Origin: Octopus sinensis
Taxonomy: Eukaryota
Length of the DNA stretch: 30,726 nucleotides
Assembly: GCF_006345805.1 (NCBI RefSeq)
Contig: NW_021832471.1
Location: 1-30,726, forward strand
Direction of reading: 5' to 3'
This document shows positions 1 through 14,176 of this stretch, piece by piece (the first letter of the stretch is position 1; every line of letters begins with the position of its first letter). A program made the position numbers and the translations under genes. Below the pieces are notes generated by a model, which did not search any database, was not told the DNA's origin, and worked only from the letters and a program-made list of their open reading frames with translations.

Positions 1-465
1 CACCTCAACCCACATCCACTAAATCATAAATTAAAATATATGTCTGCCCATCCAAAGACGTATATATACATACACAAAAAGTAAACAGAAGTTACTATTA
101 ACTTAGATATAAGTTCATTAATTATAAATTAAATTGAATTAATTACAAGTTAGTAAGTGCCAAATAAACAAAAATAAATAATTAAATAAATAAATGTAAA
201 TATATATATGTGGAAAATCTCCGTTGAAAAACGGACTTTGTCTGGTCGAGTCGACAATAGTAGATCGTGTTAAAGCCTTCGTGGGATTTTATCGCCTAAT
301 GACGAAACGACCTCCCGGCAAAATACATATATACATAAACACACACACAGATTACTTATGTATGTATGTATCTCTCTCTATATACTCGATTAGAGAAGTA
401 TAAATATATAAATACGTACATATGTGTGTATCCATACCTATATATATATATATATAATATATATA

Positions 466-816
466 AATTTTCAGAATGAGATAGGAATCCAAGGCTGTGC
501 AAGATTTTATAAATAGGTCTTACAGGTTTTTCCGGGATATTTTATATATATATAACGGTATATGGTATATGTATACCATTCTGCCAAAATAATGGATCTA
601 CAGATGCAATGTGCCTGCATATTTCACGTCTATTTTCATTCCTCCACTTCACTCTCTATTTCATATCTTATTTAAAATAACTATTGCTTAACCAACTTCT
701 CACTCCGTCTCCGATTAAGGGATATATATAAAATATCCCGGAAACAGCTGTAAGGTCTATTTATAAATGTTCTAAAATCTTGCACAGCCTTGGATTTTTA
801 TCTCATTCTGAAAATT
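466..816. mobile_element. Fold-back (inverted repeat) non-autonomous element, Penelope-like terminus, family H1
   Basis: Arms 466-551 and 722-816 are reverse complements (few mismatches, one 9-bp indel); (TA)n on both flanks; degenerate HHR fold at 707-756. Confidence 0.65.
707..756 (+). ncRNA. Degenerate minimal type-I hammerhead ribozyme
   Basis: gtct-CCGATTAA-GGGATAT..ATATCCC-g-GAA-ACAGCTGT(palindrome)-A-aggt; core deviates from CUGANGA at two positions. Confidence 0.5.
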
Positions 817-978
817 ATATATATATATATATACACACACATGCTGATATATGACCTACGTTGGACTCTTGATTCGCATAATCACCGAACCAGGCGTTTA
901 ACTATACTCTGTGCATAGCACTTACTCAGTTTACCTGACACCTTTGGGTCTTATTGACACCATTACCTCTCATAACCT

Positions 979-982
<4 letters not shown>

Positions 983-1074
<92 letters not shown>
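983..1074. repeat. (CT)n(TA)n compound microsatellite
   Basis: Directly visible. Confidence 0.95.
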
Positions 1075-1076
<2 letters not shown>

Positions 1077-1261
1077 CGAGAATTTACAAAAATACAAAAG
1101 ACGAAGACGGGTGTGTGAACAACAAACATGTATTAGTTTAACGCTCGGGAAGTGAGACAGTCTTTTACGTTTCGAGCCTACGCTTTCCGACAGAAAGGAA
1201 CACAGAAATAAACAGGGAGAGAAAATAAAAAAAAGGTTTAGTGGCTAGCGATCTATCATAC
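1075..1261 (-). mobile_element. Short dispersed repeat family H2 with HHR-like motif (1162-1197)
   Basis: Homologous to 4923-5039, 11334-11535, 13240-13395; minus strand reads cttt-CTGTCGGA-AAGC-GTAG-GCTC-GAA-ACGT-A-aaag; embedded in (TA)n. Confidence 0.75.
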
Positions 1262-1346
1262 ATATGTGTGTGTGTGTGTATATATATATAATATATATAA
1301 TATAAATATATAATATATATATATAATGTATATATATATATGTATA

Positions 1347-1385
<39 letters not shown>

Positions 1386-1633
1386 CATTTATATACACAG
1401 ATAGATATGCGCATATATGTATGTGTGTTTGTGCCTTGACATATACATACATAGACAGTAGACAATGAAAAATGGAAGTAAAATGAAAGAAACTAACAAA
1501 CAATTATTCGAAAATTTAAGAGCAATTTTCACAAATTTTAGAGATGCGGAGGCGAAATAGAAGAAAGCGAAAGAAATATGGGGAATGAGAGTGGGGAAGA
1601 ATAATAGAAGAATGATGATCGTGATTGAGTGAG

Positions 1634-1688
<55 letters not shown>

Positions 1689-2140
1689 GAGAGAGTGAGA
1701 GAAAGAGGGAGAGAGGGAGTGGATGAATGATAGGAGAGAAAGAGTGAGTGAGCATTTCCCATACTACAATATGCTCTTAAAGCTAATGTTATACTTCAGT
1801 AGTTCTATCCTCGAATTAGAAGTAGACAATGTTTCACGGTTGAGTGATTCGTAAATCTATTCAATGATGTCGACTGAAAAAGGAACTTACTTAGTCTTAC
1901 GTACTTGGTTTCTCTTCATATGAAACACAGCAACCGTTTGTATACAACAGATTGTTTTCATGTGATTTTGATCATGTCGCAGCAAGCTACGCAATATAAT
2001 AATGAAAGTAACCGAGAGAGCATTTACGAAGTAGCTCAACCTGTTAGAAACAGCAGTCAAATTTCCCTCAAACCTCACTCTATTATTGTTTGAAAGAGGC
2101 AAGACAGTTCTATAATTAAGAGATGAGGAATGATGTACAC

Positions 2141-2406
2141 TATTTACATTATTTTCATTTGACAGATATTTGTCCTCATCTTGTTTGTTGTTAACATAAT
2201 GTTTCGGTTGACTTACCCTCCAGGCTTCATCAGGTGTCTTGCGAAATTTCGAACAATAACATCGAAAAATACCTTAGGAATGAGAACCCAAGTTCGAAAT
2301 TTCCTCTAGACACCTGATGAAGGCTGAAGGGTATATCAGCCGAAATGTTGTGTTAATAACAAACAAGATTAGGACAAATATCCGTCAAATGTAAATAATG
2401 TAAATA
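2141..2406. mobile_element. Fold-back element family H3 with an HHR motif in each arm
   Basis: Arms 2141-2254 and 2292-2406 are reverse complements around a ~37-bp spacer. Confidence 0.75.
2309..2354 (+). ncRNA. Minimal type-I hammerhead ribozyme
   Basis: gacac-CTGATGA-A-GGCTGA-agggtata-TCAGCC-GAA-ATGT-T-gtgtt; helix I gacac/gtgtt, 6-bp helix II, intact core; ATGT likely a CpG-decayed ACGT. Confidence 0.7.
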
Positions 2407-2449
2407 AAGAGATAAGAGATGAAAGGATATGACTCGATTTATAAGGGGC

Positions 2450-2700
2450 CAAAATTGAGAATCAGTATAACTGTGAATGCTTATGAAGACGATGTTACAG
2501 TAATAGGACGGAGGTCAATATGGTTGGCAGTGACAGAATCAGAAATTAATTCTATGAAACCAGCGGTGCGCAATTACGCACCTGAAATGGTCAGATTATG
2601 CCACGATCCAGTGACGTCTTTCGTTGGACTGAGAGTCCAGTTAAATTTCTAGTGAACTTCGGTCATCACATCCAGATGAAAAAGAACACTAAGATGTGGT
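2450..2700 (+). pseudogene. Degraded Tx1/L1-clade reverse transcriptase fragment
   Basis: VNAYEDDVTVI resembles the (S)AYADDVTV catalytic motif; AVTESEIN resembles xxSGAKIN; downstream ESPVKFL..FG resembles the VKxLGVxF motif. Confidence 0.55.
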
Positions 2701-2744
2701 CATGATCTGGCTCATATATGTGTGTGAGTGTGTGTATGTTTATG

Positions 2745-2780
<36 letters not shown>

Positions 2781-3703
2781 ATATATATGTGTGTGTGTTT
2801 GTGTGTGTATGTATATATATGTGTGTGTGGCAGGGTGTATGTATGCATATACACATACATGTGCGTGCGTGTGTGTTTGTGTGTGTGTGTATACGCATGT
2901 GTCGGGGACGTCATAGTGTAATTTGTCCCTTCAGAAATCGTGAGGTAACGTATCCCTTTTCAAAAAGCTATATAGTGTAGTTCATACTTGAAGGACGCTA
3001 CAATGTGAAATGAGAAATATTTGGCTGCTTATTTCAGCGAGTCAAGAAACACTGTTGAGCTACCTCATTGTTCCTTCTGTTAGCTGTTAGGTTTATGAAG
3101 TTCCTCACAGCAGCATTCTGCCAGGATATTTCATCGTGTGGTTCTCATATAATATAATTCTACAGATATTTTGCTGCAGGCTATTACCTTCCTCGGCTAT
3201 GAAATAAAAAAAATTCTGCAGCCATTTCAGAACCTTTTAAGAGCATCATTGCTTTTAGTTCGATCGAATTCGTGTAATGTCCTGAAAGTTCGGCCCAGAG
3301 GACATTTATTTCGTTGAATCCACAAAAGTATTTTTCTCGGGGAAACTTTCAAAATTGATTTAATTTCCTTTCTTGTGTTATCTTCAGCCTAGATAATGTA
3401 TACTTTAGCCGTGAAATCCTGTTTTACTTTAGGAAAATGAATAAATGTTAGCAGGTAAATCTTGGAGCTTTTAGGGACTTGTTCGATTTTAATGGTTATA
3501 AGCGGATGAGTGAAATTTTTCTCATATACGATTTTTTGCCTATGGATGTTAACGTATTTTGTGTGTGTGTGTATGTGTGTGAGTGTATGTACGTTTAGAG
3601 AGAAAGTGAAATACATGCATACATGCATACATTTATACGTATTCGCATACGGACGTGGATATATACAGATATGACATACAAAACCAGAAGTTAGGAAGGC
3701 GAA

Positions 3704-3920
3704 ATTTTCTACTCTAGGCACAAGGCCCGAAATTTTGAGGGAAGTGGGGGCCAGTCGATTAGATCGACTCCAGTATGTAGCTGGTACGTAATTTATCGAT
3801 CCCGAAAGGATATAAGGCAAAATCGACCACGGCGGATTTTGATCTCAGAGCGTAAGGACAAATGAAATACTGCTATGCAATTTGCCCGGCGTGCTAACGT
3901 TTCTGCCAGCTCGCCGCCTT
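3704..3920 (-). mobile_element. tRNA-derived SINE, family D
   Basis: Reverse complement matches head, core and tail of the 20752-21343 element. Confidence 0.85.
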
Positions 3921-3995
3921 AGAAAACTGAAATATTATTCAGAACAGACACTATAAACCAAATATTAAATACTCGCTTCCTCTTTATAAACTAAG

Positions 3996-4903
<908 letters not shown>

Positions 4904-4922
4904 ATATATATATATATATATA

Positions 4923-5039
4923 GTAAGAATTTACGAAAAAATCAGAAGACGAAGACGGGTGCGTAAACGACAAACAGATGTATTAGTTTAACGTTCGGGA
5001 ACTGAAAAAGTCTTTTACGTTTCGAACCTACGCTCTTCA
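4923..5039 (-). mobile_element. Family H2 copy, truncated within the HHR core
   Basis: Homologous to 1075-1190. Confidence 0.75.
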
Positions 5040-5372
5040 TATATGCATCTCCTAACGAGTTCATCCATCTATGTGTGCATATACAGACTCATGCATACAA
5101 ACACTTACGCACATTCATTGAAAATAAATTCCACCCAAGGATAATTCTGTATTTACTAGTTTAACACCGGTGATAAAATTATCTGCATGAGCGACAATAA
5201 TTTTCAGCCACACGTTTAAATTCAACAATGTCTGGCAATATTAATATCTCATCGTACTAACTGGAAATTGAAATATTAAACATGGCCGAAAGATATTAAC
5301 TGAATCTTTATTATGTAAATATCTCAACAATGCTACGTATTGCCACCTACAGGTATCAATTAACAACTGCTT

Positions 5373-5428
<56 letters not shown>

Positions 5429-5772
5429 ATATACGGACGTTTGCTGGATCTACTTCATACCACCCTTCATTGTGTTTCTCTAAGCGAATTTAATATAGAG
5501 TGTAATAAATACTTAATTAGAAGTAGTTATAGTTTTTTTTTCCTTTTATTCTCTGTTTTCCACGCATTAATATCTTTAGCAAATAAATAAGTAACGCCGT
5601 GTAAGTATTTCTCATTAATTCTTTATTGTTTACAATTCCGCAATTGCAAGCCTTAATGAAACCGGTTGTAGTACCTACTAAATTACAAGATACTTCAAAT
5701 ATACTTCATCTCTCTTTCTCTCTTCGCCTCTCTCTCTATTATACACGCACACACACACACAGACTCACATTT

Positions 5773-5823
<51 letters not shown>

Positions 5824-5880
5824 TATTATTATTATTATATTATATTATTATTATTATTATTATTATTCAATTATTATTAT
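5773..5880. repeat. (TTA)n microsatellite
   Basis: Directly visible; abuts the 3' end of the Dong-like element. Confidence 0.95.
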
Positions 5881-7395
5881 TCATGTTTTATTTTTATAGC
5901 GTGCTTTCATTTCACTACCGAGCGCAGCTCTGTGTGCCTGGGTATGTGCTGTGATTTGTTTGTTATGCTCTGATGGTTATTGTATGGAAAGTGTTCTGCG
6001 TAGGATGTGTGGCAGTGCCTAGTAGTGCAATTTTCTGTATATTATATGTGTTTGTAAGTCCTGGTGTTTTTGTTATGTATTTGTCTGAATATTTTTTTAT
6101 CATGCCTAATGCACCTACTATGATAGGAATTGTTTCTGTTTTCAGATTCCATATTCTAGTTACCTCTATTTCCAGGTCTTTGTATTTTGAGAGTTTCTCC
6201 ATTTCTTTTAGAGACACGTTGTCATCTGCCGGTATTGATACATCAATTAGAAAGCATTTTTTTCTTCATGATCTCTGACAACTATATCTGGTCTGTTGGC
6301 CTTAATTTTCTCTATCTGTGTGTATCGGCATATCCCAGAGTATGGTTGCTTTCTCGTTTTCTGTGACTTTTCTGGTGTGTGCCTATACCATCTTTTTTCT
6401 GTTGTTATTCCATAATGTTGGCATAGCTTCCAATGTATGTAGGTTCCAACTCTGTCATGTCTGTGAATATATTCCTTCTTAGCCAGGACTGGGCAGCTAG
6501 AGATAATATGATTTATTGTTTCTTGTCCATCTCCACATATTCTGCAGTTACTTGTAATATTTCTTTTCATTACATGTTTTTGGTAATTTCTGGTGGGGAG
6601 GCTTTGGTCTTGTGCTGCAATTAAAAATCCCTCTGTTTCTGCTTTGAGTCCTGAGCTTCTCAACCATTGCTGGGATTTTTCTTTGTCTATTTCTTTTGCG
6701 TTTAGTTTAGTCCAGTATTTACCATGAAGGGGCTTTTCTTGCCATCGTTTTATCATGGTTCGTTGCTGTTCTATTTTTAGTTTGGATTTCATTTGTTTTA
6801 TAGCTTTTTTTGTTTTCTTCATCATCTTCTTCTTCTTCTTCATGTTTATTAGGTGGTATGATTTCTTGTTGTATTTGTCAGCTTCCTTAAATACTGAGAA
6901 CAGTTTTTTGTTTTGCTCGTGTTTTGCTGCTATCTGGATCAGTTTTCCTTCCTCTGAAGTAGATATTTTTGCAGTCCTATGGTGGTTATTTTATAGTAGT
7001 TTTCCAGCTGTATAAGGCCTCTACCACCTTCTATATATAGTCTTTCTATGTCAGATTTTGGGTGATGCATCCTAGATCCTGTCAGTATTTTTCTTGTTTT
7101 CCTATCTATTTGGACAGTTCATTTCGTGTCCAGTTAAGGATATTGTAGCTGTAACTTATAACTGGGACAGCTAAAGTGTTGATACCTATTATCTTGTTTT
7201 TAGCATTGAGCTCTGTTTTTAGTATTGATCTAACTCGTCTATAATATTCTTTTTTTATTTTCTCTTTCATTTGTGTGTGTTGTGTCTTATCTAGTTCATG
7301 GATTCCTAAGTATTTGTAAGTTTGGCTTCGGTCTAATTCTTTTATTTCATTGGTTTTATCTAGTGTGATGTTGTTACTCTTAACTAGTTTTCCTC
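5881..7395 (-). mobile_element. 5'-truncated R4/Dong-clade non-LTR retrotransposon (RT C-terminus, CCHC finger, restriction-like endonuclease), frameshifted
   Basis: ORFs 6247-6843 and 5963-6217: AAQDQSL, CRICGDGQETINHIISSC, RHDRV, RPDIVV, EKLSKYKDL, IIVGALG; KYLG motif near 7310. Confidence 0.9.
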
Positions 7396-7741
<346 letters not shown>

Positions 7742-8290
7742 GAATGAGAGAGCAGTTCATGCCATCAAAGTGACACTGGGGTAAAATTTACGAAGCCCAA
7801 TATACCCATCATGACTACCCGTCTGATAAAGGTACACCAGGCACATGCATCACAACCATATGTGCGCGACATGGTGATCTCATATCAAGATAAACAGCAC
7901 ATGACCTTGCAGGTGGGGCCCCAGTTAGAATTTTCTTCAGGTTGAGTAGCCCATCCTGCTCAAACGGTCCTGAATAAGGGTTGTTTAAGGGTTTTGAAAG
8001 AACCACCCATGTTTCCAGAGGTGAACTATTCAAACCCCAAAGAATCCCTCTCAACACATGGCTATGATGCTCCCCCATTACTTCTGCTCGTGATCAGAGA
8101 TGCACATATCGTCAGCCACTAAAGGACATGCTCAACTGGTTAAGGTCAAACAACTGACAAGCAAATCTGTGGTATTGAGCAGAATATTTGCTGTAGCCCA
8201 TCTTTTATACCAAGACAAAACAATGTACATGATAACACTTCCAATCAGTTAAGATCAGAAGCCATGAGAGCCACTGCCTGGTACTGCATC
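7742..8290. mobile_element. ~550-bp non-coding insertion in (TTA)n, probable non-autonomous element
   Basis: Sharp boundaries against (TTA)n on both sides, higher GC than flanks, no recognisable protein. Confidence 0.5.
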
Positions 8291-8433
8291 TACTATTATT
8301 ATTATTATTATTATTACTATTACTATTATCATTATTATTATTATTACTATTATTATTATTATTACTATTATTATTATTACTATTATTATTATTATTATTA
8401 TTACTATTATTATTATTATTACTATTATTACTA

Positions 8434-8464
<31 letters not shown>

Positions 8465-8585
8465 TATTACTATTATTATTATTATTATTATTACTACTAC
8501 TACTACTATTATTATTATTATTACTATTATTATTATTATTACTATTACTATCATTATTATTACTATTATTATTATTATTATTATG

Positions 8586-8638
<53 letters not shown>

Positions 8639-8688
8639 TATTATTACTATTACTATTATTATTATTATTTGCATTATTATTATTATTA

Positions 8689-8737
<49 letters not shown>

Positions 8738-8744
8738 CATTATT
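8291..8744. repeat. (TTA)n microsatellite
   Basis: Directly visible; gives poly-Ile/poly-Tyr ORFs. Confidence 0.95.
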
Positions 8745-9143
8745 CTCTGTTTGACTTTTGCTTTATATTTGTACAAGTTGGCTCCAAGTCTCACCCAGAG
8801 ACCTCAAGAGACAACAGGTTGGAAGTTCATGTTGTTGTTATGCCTAGTGTGCCATATATTTGGGGGGGAGTTTTTGGTGTTGTACTAATGAATATCTAAA
8901 AAAAAAATTTTTTTTTTAAACATAAAATTATGTTTGTTTTAAACCCTGAGATTACATAGAAAGTATTTTGCGTAGGATATGAGCAGTTCCCATGAGCACT
9001 ATCTTTTGAATTTCTGCCATTTTTGGGTTTCCTGGTATCTGAGTTAGGTAGTTATCAGCCCCTTTTGCTATCATTCCCAGGGCACCTATGACAACAGGTA
9101 TTGTTTTAGTCTTCAGGTTCCACATTTTGCTGATTTCTATTTC
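8745..9143 (-). mobile_element. 3' end of a second R4/Dong-clade family
   Basis: Minus strand translates EIEISKMWNLKTKTIPVVIGALGMIAK...IQKIVLMGTAHILRKILSM*, homologous to ORF 5963-6217, with a different 3' UTR. Confidence 0.85.
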
Positions 9144-9166
9144 TATTTTTATTAATTCTATTTCTA

Positions 9167-9258
<92 letters not shown>

Positions 9259-9264
9259 ATTATT

Positions 9265-10280
9265 CATATACACTCAGCAGATTAGATTGTTGGAAAAGAA
9301 AAGATCCTAACATCGGGCTACAACAAGTAACTTTAGATGCCAAGAACCCTTCTAAGTATCATAGCTGCCCCTAATAACAATGTTTCCTGGAGCTGTACTA
9401 AATTGGGTGTTATGCCTATTTCCTCTATCCATCTGTTCAGGGATATAACTACTGGGATACATTTTACCCGCCCTTTCCACAGCCTCTCTAATTCAATAGC
9501 TAGGTCCTGGTACTTTACTATTTTTTTCTATACTTCTCGTATTAATCTTTTCATCATTTGGGACTGTAAAGTCAATTATCTGGCACTTTCTTTTCTCTTT
9601 ATCTATTACTATCTAGTCAGGCCTTCTGCTTCTATTACTCTGTCAATCTGAATGTTAAAGCCCCACAACATCTTGTATTTCTTACTTTCTACTACTTTAC
9701 CATTTATCAGTATGCTCAAATCTTAATTTCCTACAAAGTTCCCAGTAAATTCCTCTCCCTAGATTGTCATGTCTTTTCTTGTATACTTTCTGTGCCAGCA
9801 TGCTACATTCGCTTACTATATGAGTAACGCTTTCCTATTTTGATTTGCATAATCTACATTGGGAATCTACTTGATTTTTTTATCTATTTTGACTTTTATC
9901 CAATTAATCCTTAATGCTAGATCTTGTGCAGCTACTAATACACTTTCTGTCTCCTTCTTTCCTTTCTGCAACCATAACCATGTCTGACAACTAGTATTTG
10001 CTGCAACTATCTTTGGAAATCTAGCATGCAGAGCCTTCTCCTGCCAGTCAGATATTTTCTGTTCTTTTTTCTGGTTCTTAAGTCCGTTTGGTGTTTTGAT
10101 TTCCCTCTGTCTTGCTGTGACTCTAGCAACTTTTAATAAACTTTCTTCACTATTACCTACATAGGAGTCTATATCTACTCTAGCTAACTCCACGTAGTCT
10201 TCTACTGATATTAACCCACTCCTGCCTTCCTTTCTAGCTAAGTACAATCTTGCTACTCTTTTTCTCTGACCGGACATACA
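9265..10280 (-). mobile_element. Third, older R4/Dong-clade fragment
   Basis: RLYLARKEGRSGL, AAQDLALR, CRLCKSK*ESVTHIVSEC, KRHD, KIVKYQDL; in-frame stops; 3' end joins (TAA)n. Confidence 0.85.
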
Positions 10281-10582
10281 AGAATATGTATATACTGACG
10301 GGTGCTATTCTCCTTAATTGTTATCGTGCGTTTAATTTATTTTTGCAACAAAAGGTATATTTCGCAGAAAGTTGTAGATGTAAATGTTGTGTGGGAGAAA
10401 TGTATCACATTTTCACTTCTAAATATACTTTTATAAACACAAAACAAGTATAGGCTCTAAGATGTCCACACTTGGGAAATATGCGTTTAAACTATTTAAA
10501 TAAGCGCAACTCACAATCTATAGTAATTATGTGAGTTGTAATGATGATTGAAATATTTAATGATATTTATACAACAACAACA

Positions 10583-10641
<59 letters not shown>

Positions 10642-10943
10642 AACTACTAGTGATAATAATAATGACAATAATATTAATTGCGTGTATACACCCAAAATAA
10701 GTGAAATACCTCTGAATAAATAATGGACTCCATACAGTAAAATGTGAACGAAGAAATTTGAATAGACATTTTAAAACCACGCTTCAACTGTAATACCTGT
10801 AGAGGTGGTTATAAGACCAGAATTTCATTGGATTTAAAAAATAGCGCTATCATCTTCAACTGAATATCAACGCAGGAAGCTTGTTTGAATCAGTGATGGA
10901 CCCTTGGCGAAATTGCAGCGATTCGGATACAGATTCCATACAG

Positions 10944-11176
10944 GGCAGTGTGATGTCACTGCTGTCGAAACATGCGTAGGTAAGTGTTATACGTATGCTA
11001 TAGATGTAGAAAAAATAGATGTAGAAAAAATTGGATGTGAATAAATCTCTCCTCTCCTCTTCGTTATTAATTCTATACTCAACGGAATGTTTTCAGATGT
11101 GAATAAGAACAGGGAACTACTCAACGAGTTAAGCTTACCAGGACCAGTATCTCTTTTAAGCTTGGCTACCATGTAA
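10944..11176 (+). other. Candidate pair of small host exons (10944-10979 and 11097-~11172/11176)
   Basis: AG|GTAAGT donor at 10979/10980, pyrimidine tract and TTTCAG acceptor at 11096; spliced frame is open: QCDVTAVETCV-DVNKNRELLNELSLPGPVSLLSLAT. Confidence 0.25.
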
Positions 11177-11333
11177 TTAGACCGTTGTGGATAGCCGGCA
11201 TCTGTACTAGTTTGTGAAATAATACGGTATTCGCCAGGATCATTTATCCCTTTTATATACTCTGTCTGTCTGTCTGTCTCTCTTCCTTTCTCTCTTTCTC
11301 TGTGTGTATGTGTATATATATATATATATATAT

Positions 11334-11535
11334 ATGATTGATCGCCAGCCACTAAACTTTTTTTCTTTATTTTCCTTCTCTGCTTATTTCCGTGTTGCTT
11401 TCTATTGAAGATCGTAGGCTCGAAACGTAAAATACTTTCTCACTTCCCGAGCGTTAAACTAATACATCTGTTTGTTGTTTATGTACCCGTCTTTGTCTTC
11501 TGTTTTGTGTTTTTTTTTTGTGAATTCCAATTATA
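11334..11535 (+). mobile_element. Family H2 copy
   Basis: Reverse complement of 1075-1261; cttt-CTATTGAA-GATC-GTAG-GCTC-GAA-ACGT-A-aaat. Confidence 0.75.
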
Positions 11536-11758
11536 TATGGTAGAAACTGCGTGAAATCCTTGGTAAAGTTTGGTATATTTGAGAAAAAAAGAACGACTTC
11601 ACTAGTAGTTCTGATCAGTTTAGATTATTATTTAAAAAAGTTTTTAATAAAATAAATTTTACCCTTTAGTTCGTAGATCTAGTAAGTTTTTTGTTAACTT
11701 GGGTGGAGAAATTTTCTGCATTCGTTGTCAAAGAGATCAGTTTGACAGCCCTAGCAAT

Positions 11759-11823
11759 TGGATTGAACCCGGGACCATCCGGTTGGGAAGCAAGCTTCTT
11801 GCTACACGGCCACGCCTGCTCCT
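11759..11823 (-). mobile_element. SINE family A head fragment
   Basis: Reverse complement of ~4501-4560. Confidence 0.7.
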
Positions 11824-12357
11824 ATAAATATTTTCCCTTAAATTGTAAGGCCTAATATCAGGAATATTTAGCTGCTATTTCTACTATATCGAATCTCTTT
11901 TACCTTGGCTTAGTGTTGTTATTCAGCCCAGGTCCAATTCTCACCGAGCACACTTATGATCACAGACACTCTACTCGTGACCTACACGACATTTTTTTAA
12001 AAGGAATATTGTGCGGCGTGAGGGAGAGTGTGTGCTATTTCTGGCATGCAGAAACACTGCGTAGATTTCAATACTGGTCGTGAAACAGTCTACTTAAGGA
12101 GTGTCTTGTACGTATTGTACGAATTTAGATTTCTGATGACACCCCTGGTGCGTGTGTTTGTGCGTGTGTGTGTGTGTGTGCGTGTGTGCGCGCGTGCGCG
12201 TGTGTGTGTCTGTGTGTGTTTAGTGTTGTTATCTTGCAGACTTTTTTTTTTGTGGCTGAAACGATTTTTGGTCCTTTCATTTCACTGGAGGACTTCTCTG
12301 TTGTTGCTATGCATGAAGATAATAGGGACGACAGCGGGAACATCGACAGCAACAAGT

Positions 12358-12374
12358 TGATGATGCTGATGACG

Positions 12375-12405
<31 letters not shown>

Positions 12406-12530
12406 CGATGATGATGATGACAACTATGGTAACAGTTCTAATGATGAAGGCCAGGATGACAACGACGACGATTAGGAAGAAGGCTAGGATGACCCTGCTG
12501 CTGCTAATGGGGATGGTGATGGTGATGATG
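12358..12530. repeat. Degenerate (GAT)n microsatellite
   Basis: Directly visible; gives poly-Met/poly-Ile ORFs. Confidence 0.85.
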
Positions 12531-12637
12531 AAGACAGTCAGATTTATCAGTGATGCATGTTGTTCAGATGCTTTTCTGTGGTTCACTAATGCCTCTTAAT
12601 CTTCAGTTAATCTTAATCCAAAAGCCAAATACAGATT

Positions 12638-12675
<38 letters not shown>

Positions 12676-12743
12676 CAACAAAGCAACAACAATAAAATTA
12701 CCTCTCACTTAAGAACATCGTTCACATAAACACCCATTTTTTC

Positions 12744-12791
<48 letters not shown>

Positions 12792-12965
12792 CACACACAC
12801 TTATTAGCATCACAAGTACGCTCATATATAAACACACTCAAATACAGTTGATACACATATTTACACCATGCAGTCACCTTTATAATGACATGAACAAACA
12901 TACAAATTTACATAAATTTACATAATCTCACAGCACATATTGACACACATTAACAATAAGTGAAA

Positions 12966-13172
12966 GGGCGCATGGCCTAGTGGTTAAGGTGTCGCACTCA
13001 CAACTGCGAGATCGTGGGTTCGATTCCAGACCGGTTGCAGCTTTGTGTTTTTGAGCAAAACACTTCTATCTCACGTTGCTCTGCGATCACTCCAACGTGT
13101 GGCACAGCGTACACCTTTACAGTTAATGCCGATCTGAGGCAGGAAGCGAGCTAATTGTACAGCACCAGCATT
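12966..13172 (+). mobile_element. tRNA-derived SINE, family B
   Basis: A box TGGCCTAGTGG, B box GGTTCGATTCC, followed by non-tRNA body (TTGAGCAAAACACTT). Confidence 0.8.
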
Positions 13173-13239
13173 TATATATATATATATATCACTTTTTCTA
13201 ATCATTCGCCATGTTGGACCGCCGAAATCTGGAAGTGTT

Positions 13240-13394
13240 CTTTTCATTCTCTCTCTGTTCATTTCCTCGTATTCCTTTCTGCTGAAGAGCGTACGCTCGA
13301 AACATAAAATATTTTCACACTTTACCGATCGTCAAATTAATACACTTGCTCATACACTTGTCTTAGTCTTTTGTTTTCTATAAATTTCAACTAT

Positions 13395-13395
<1 letters not shown>
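13240..13395 (+). mobile_element. Family H2 copy with HHR-like motif at 13275-13310
   Basis: cttt-CTGCTGAA-GAGC-GTAC-GCTC-GAA-ACAT-A-aaat; homologous to other H2 copies. Confidence 0.7.
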
Positions 13396-13457
<62 letters not shown>

Positions 13458-13548
13458 TAGTATTAGGGAGTATAACTCCAAACTTACTATATGATATGGT
13501 TTATGTATATCATTGTTTGAATTACATAATAGTGGTTTTTCTCTAATT

Positions 13549-13615
<67 letters not shown>

Positions 13616-13808
13616 GATATATATATATATATACATAACGGATATAGTAGATATATATATCCTGGGCAAATTTCGTTATTTTTCCGTAGAATGACATAAA
13701 CGACCGGCCTTAATCGATTTCCGAAACTTATTGGGTTCCCATCTCAGAGAAAGAAGCAACCAATCAGTTTAGAGAGAGAGACAGAAAGGCAGATATATAT
13801 ATATATAT

Positions 13809-13899
<91 letters not shown>

Positions 13900-14004
13900 A
13901 TTCGAGACAAAACCACTATTTTAAAACCAAACAAGGAAAGACTTAATCAATACATAAAATTTTAATATAAATTAAATAAACCGCCACTACAAATGTTTCA
14001 TATT

Positions 14005-14141
14005 CGACACCTTAACCACTAGGCCATGCGCCCTTTCACTTATTGTTAATGTGTGTCAATATGTGCTGTGAGATTATGTAAATTTATGTAAATTTGTATG
14101 TTTGTTCATGTCATAATATGTGACTGCATGGTGTAAATATG
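14005..14141 (-). repeat. Inverted duplicate of 12856-12994
   Basis: Near-identical reverse complement with one small indel/substitution patch. Confidence 0.95.
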
Positions 14142-14176
14142 CTTCAAAATTTGATACTGATTAGAAGATCGAAAAT

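Noticed and set aside
1891-2040. Apparent 150-bp minus-strand exon with AG/GT boundaries
   Set aside because: The acceptor overlaps a dispersed motif (reverse of GCTGCTATTTCTA-like, also near 3020, 11870, 12030, 22890) and the peptide is unrecognisable
8270-8290. CCTGGTACTGCA resembling the U2 snRNA 3' region
   Set aside because: Match too short and no other U2 features
10940-10982. Hairpin plus GAAACATGCGTA suggesting another hammerhead
   Set aside because: No CUGANGA core or helix I upstream
12966-13045. tRNA gene
   Set aside because: No closing acceptor stem or T-run terminator; continues into a SINE body. The same applies to 28381-28440
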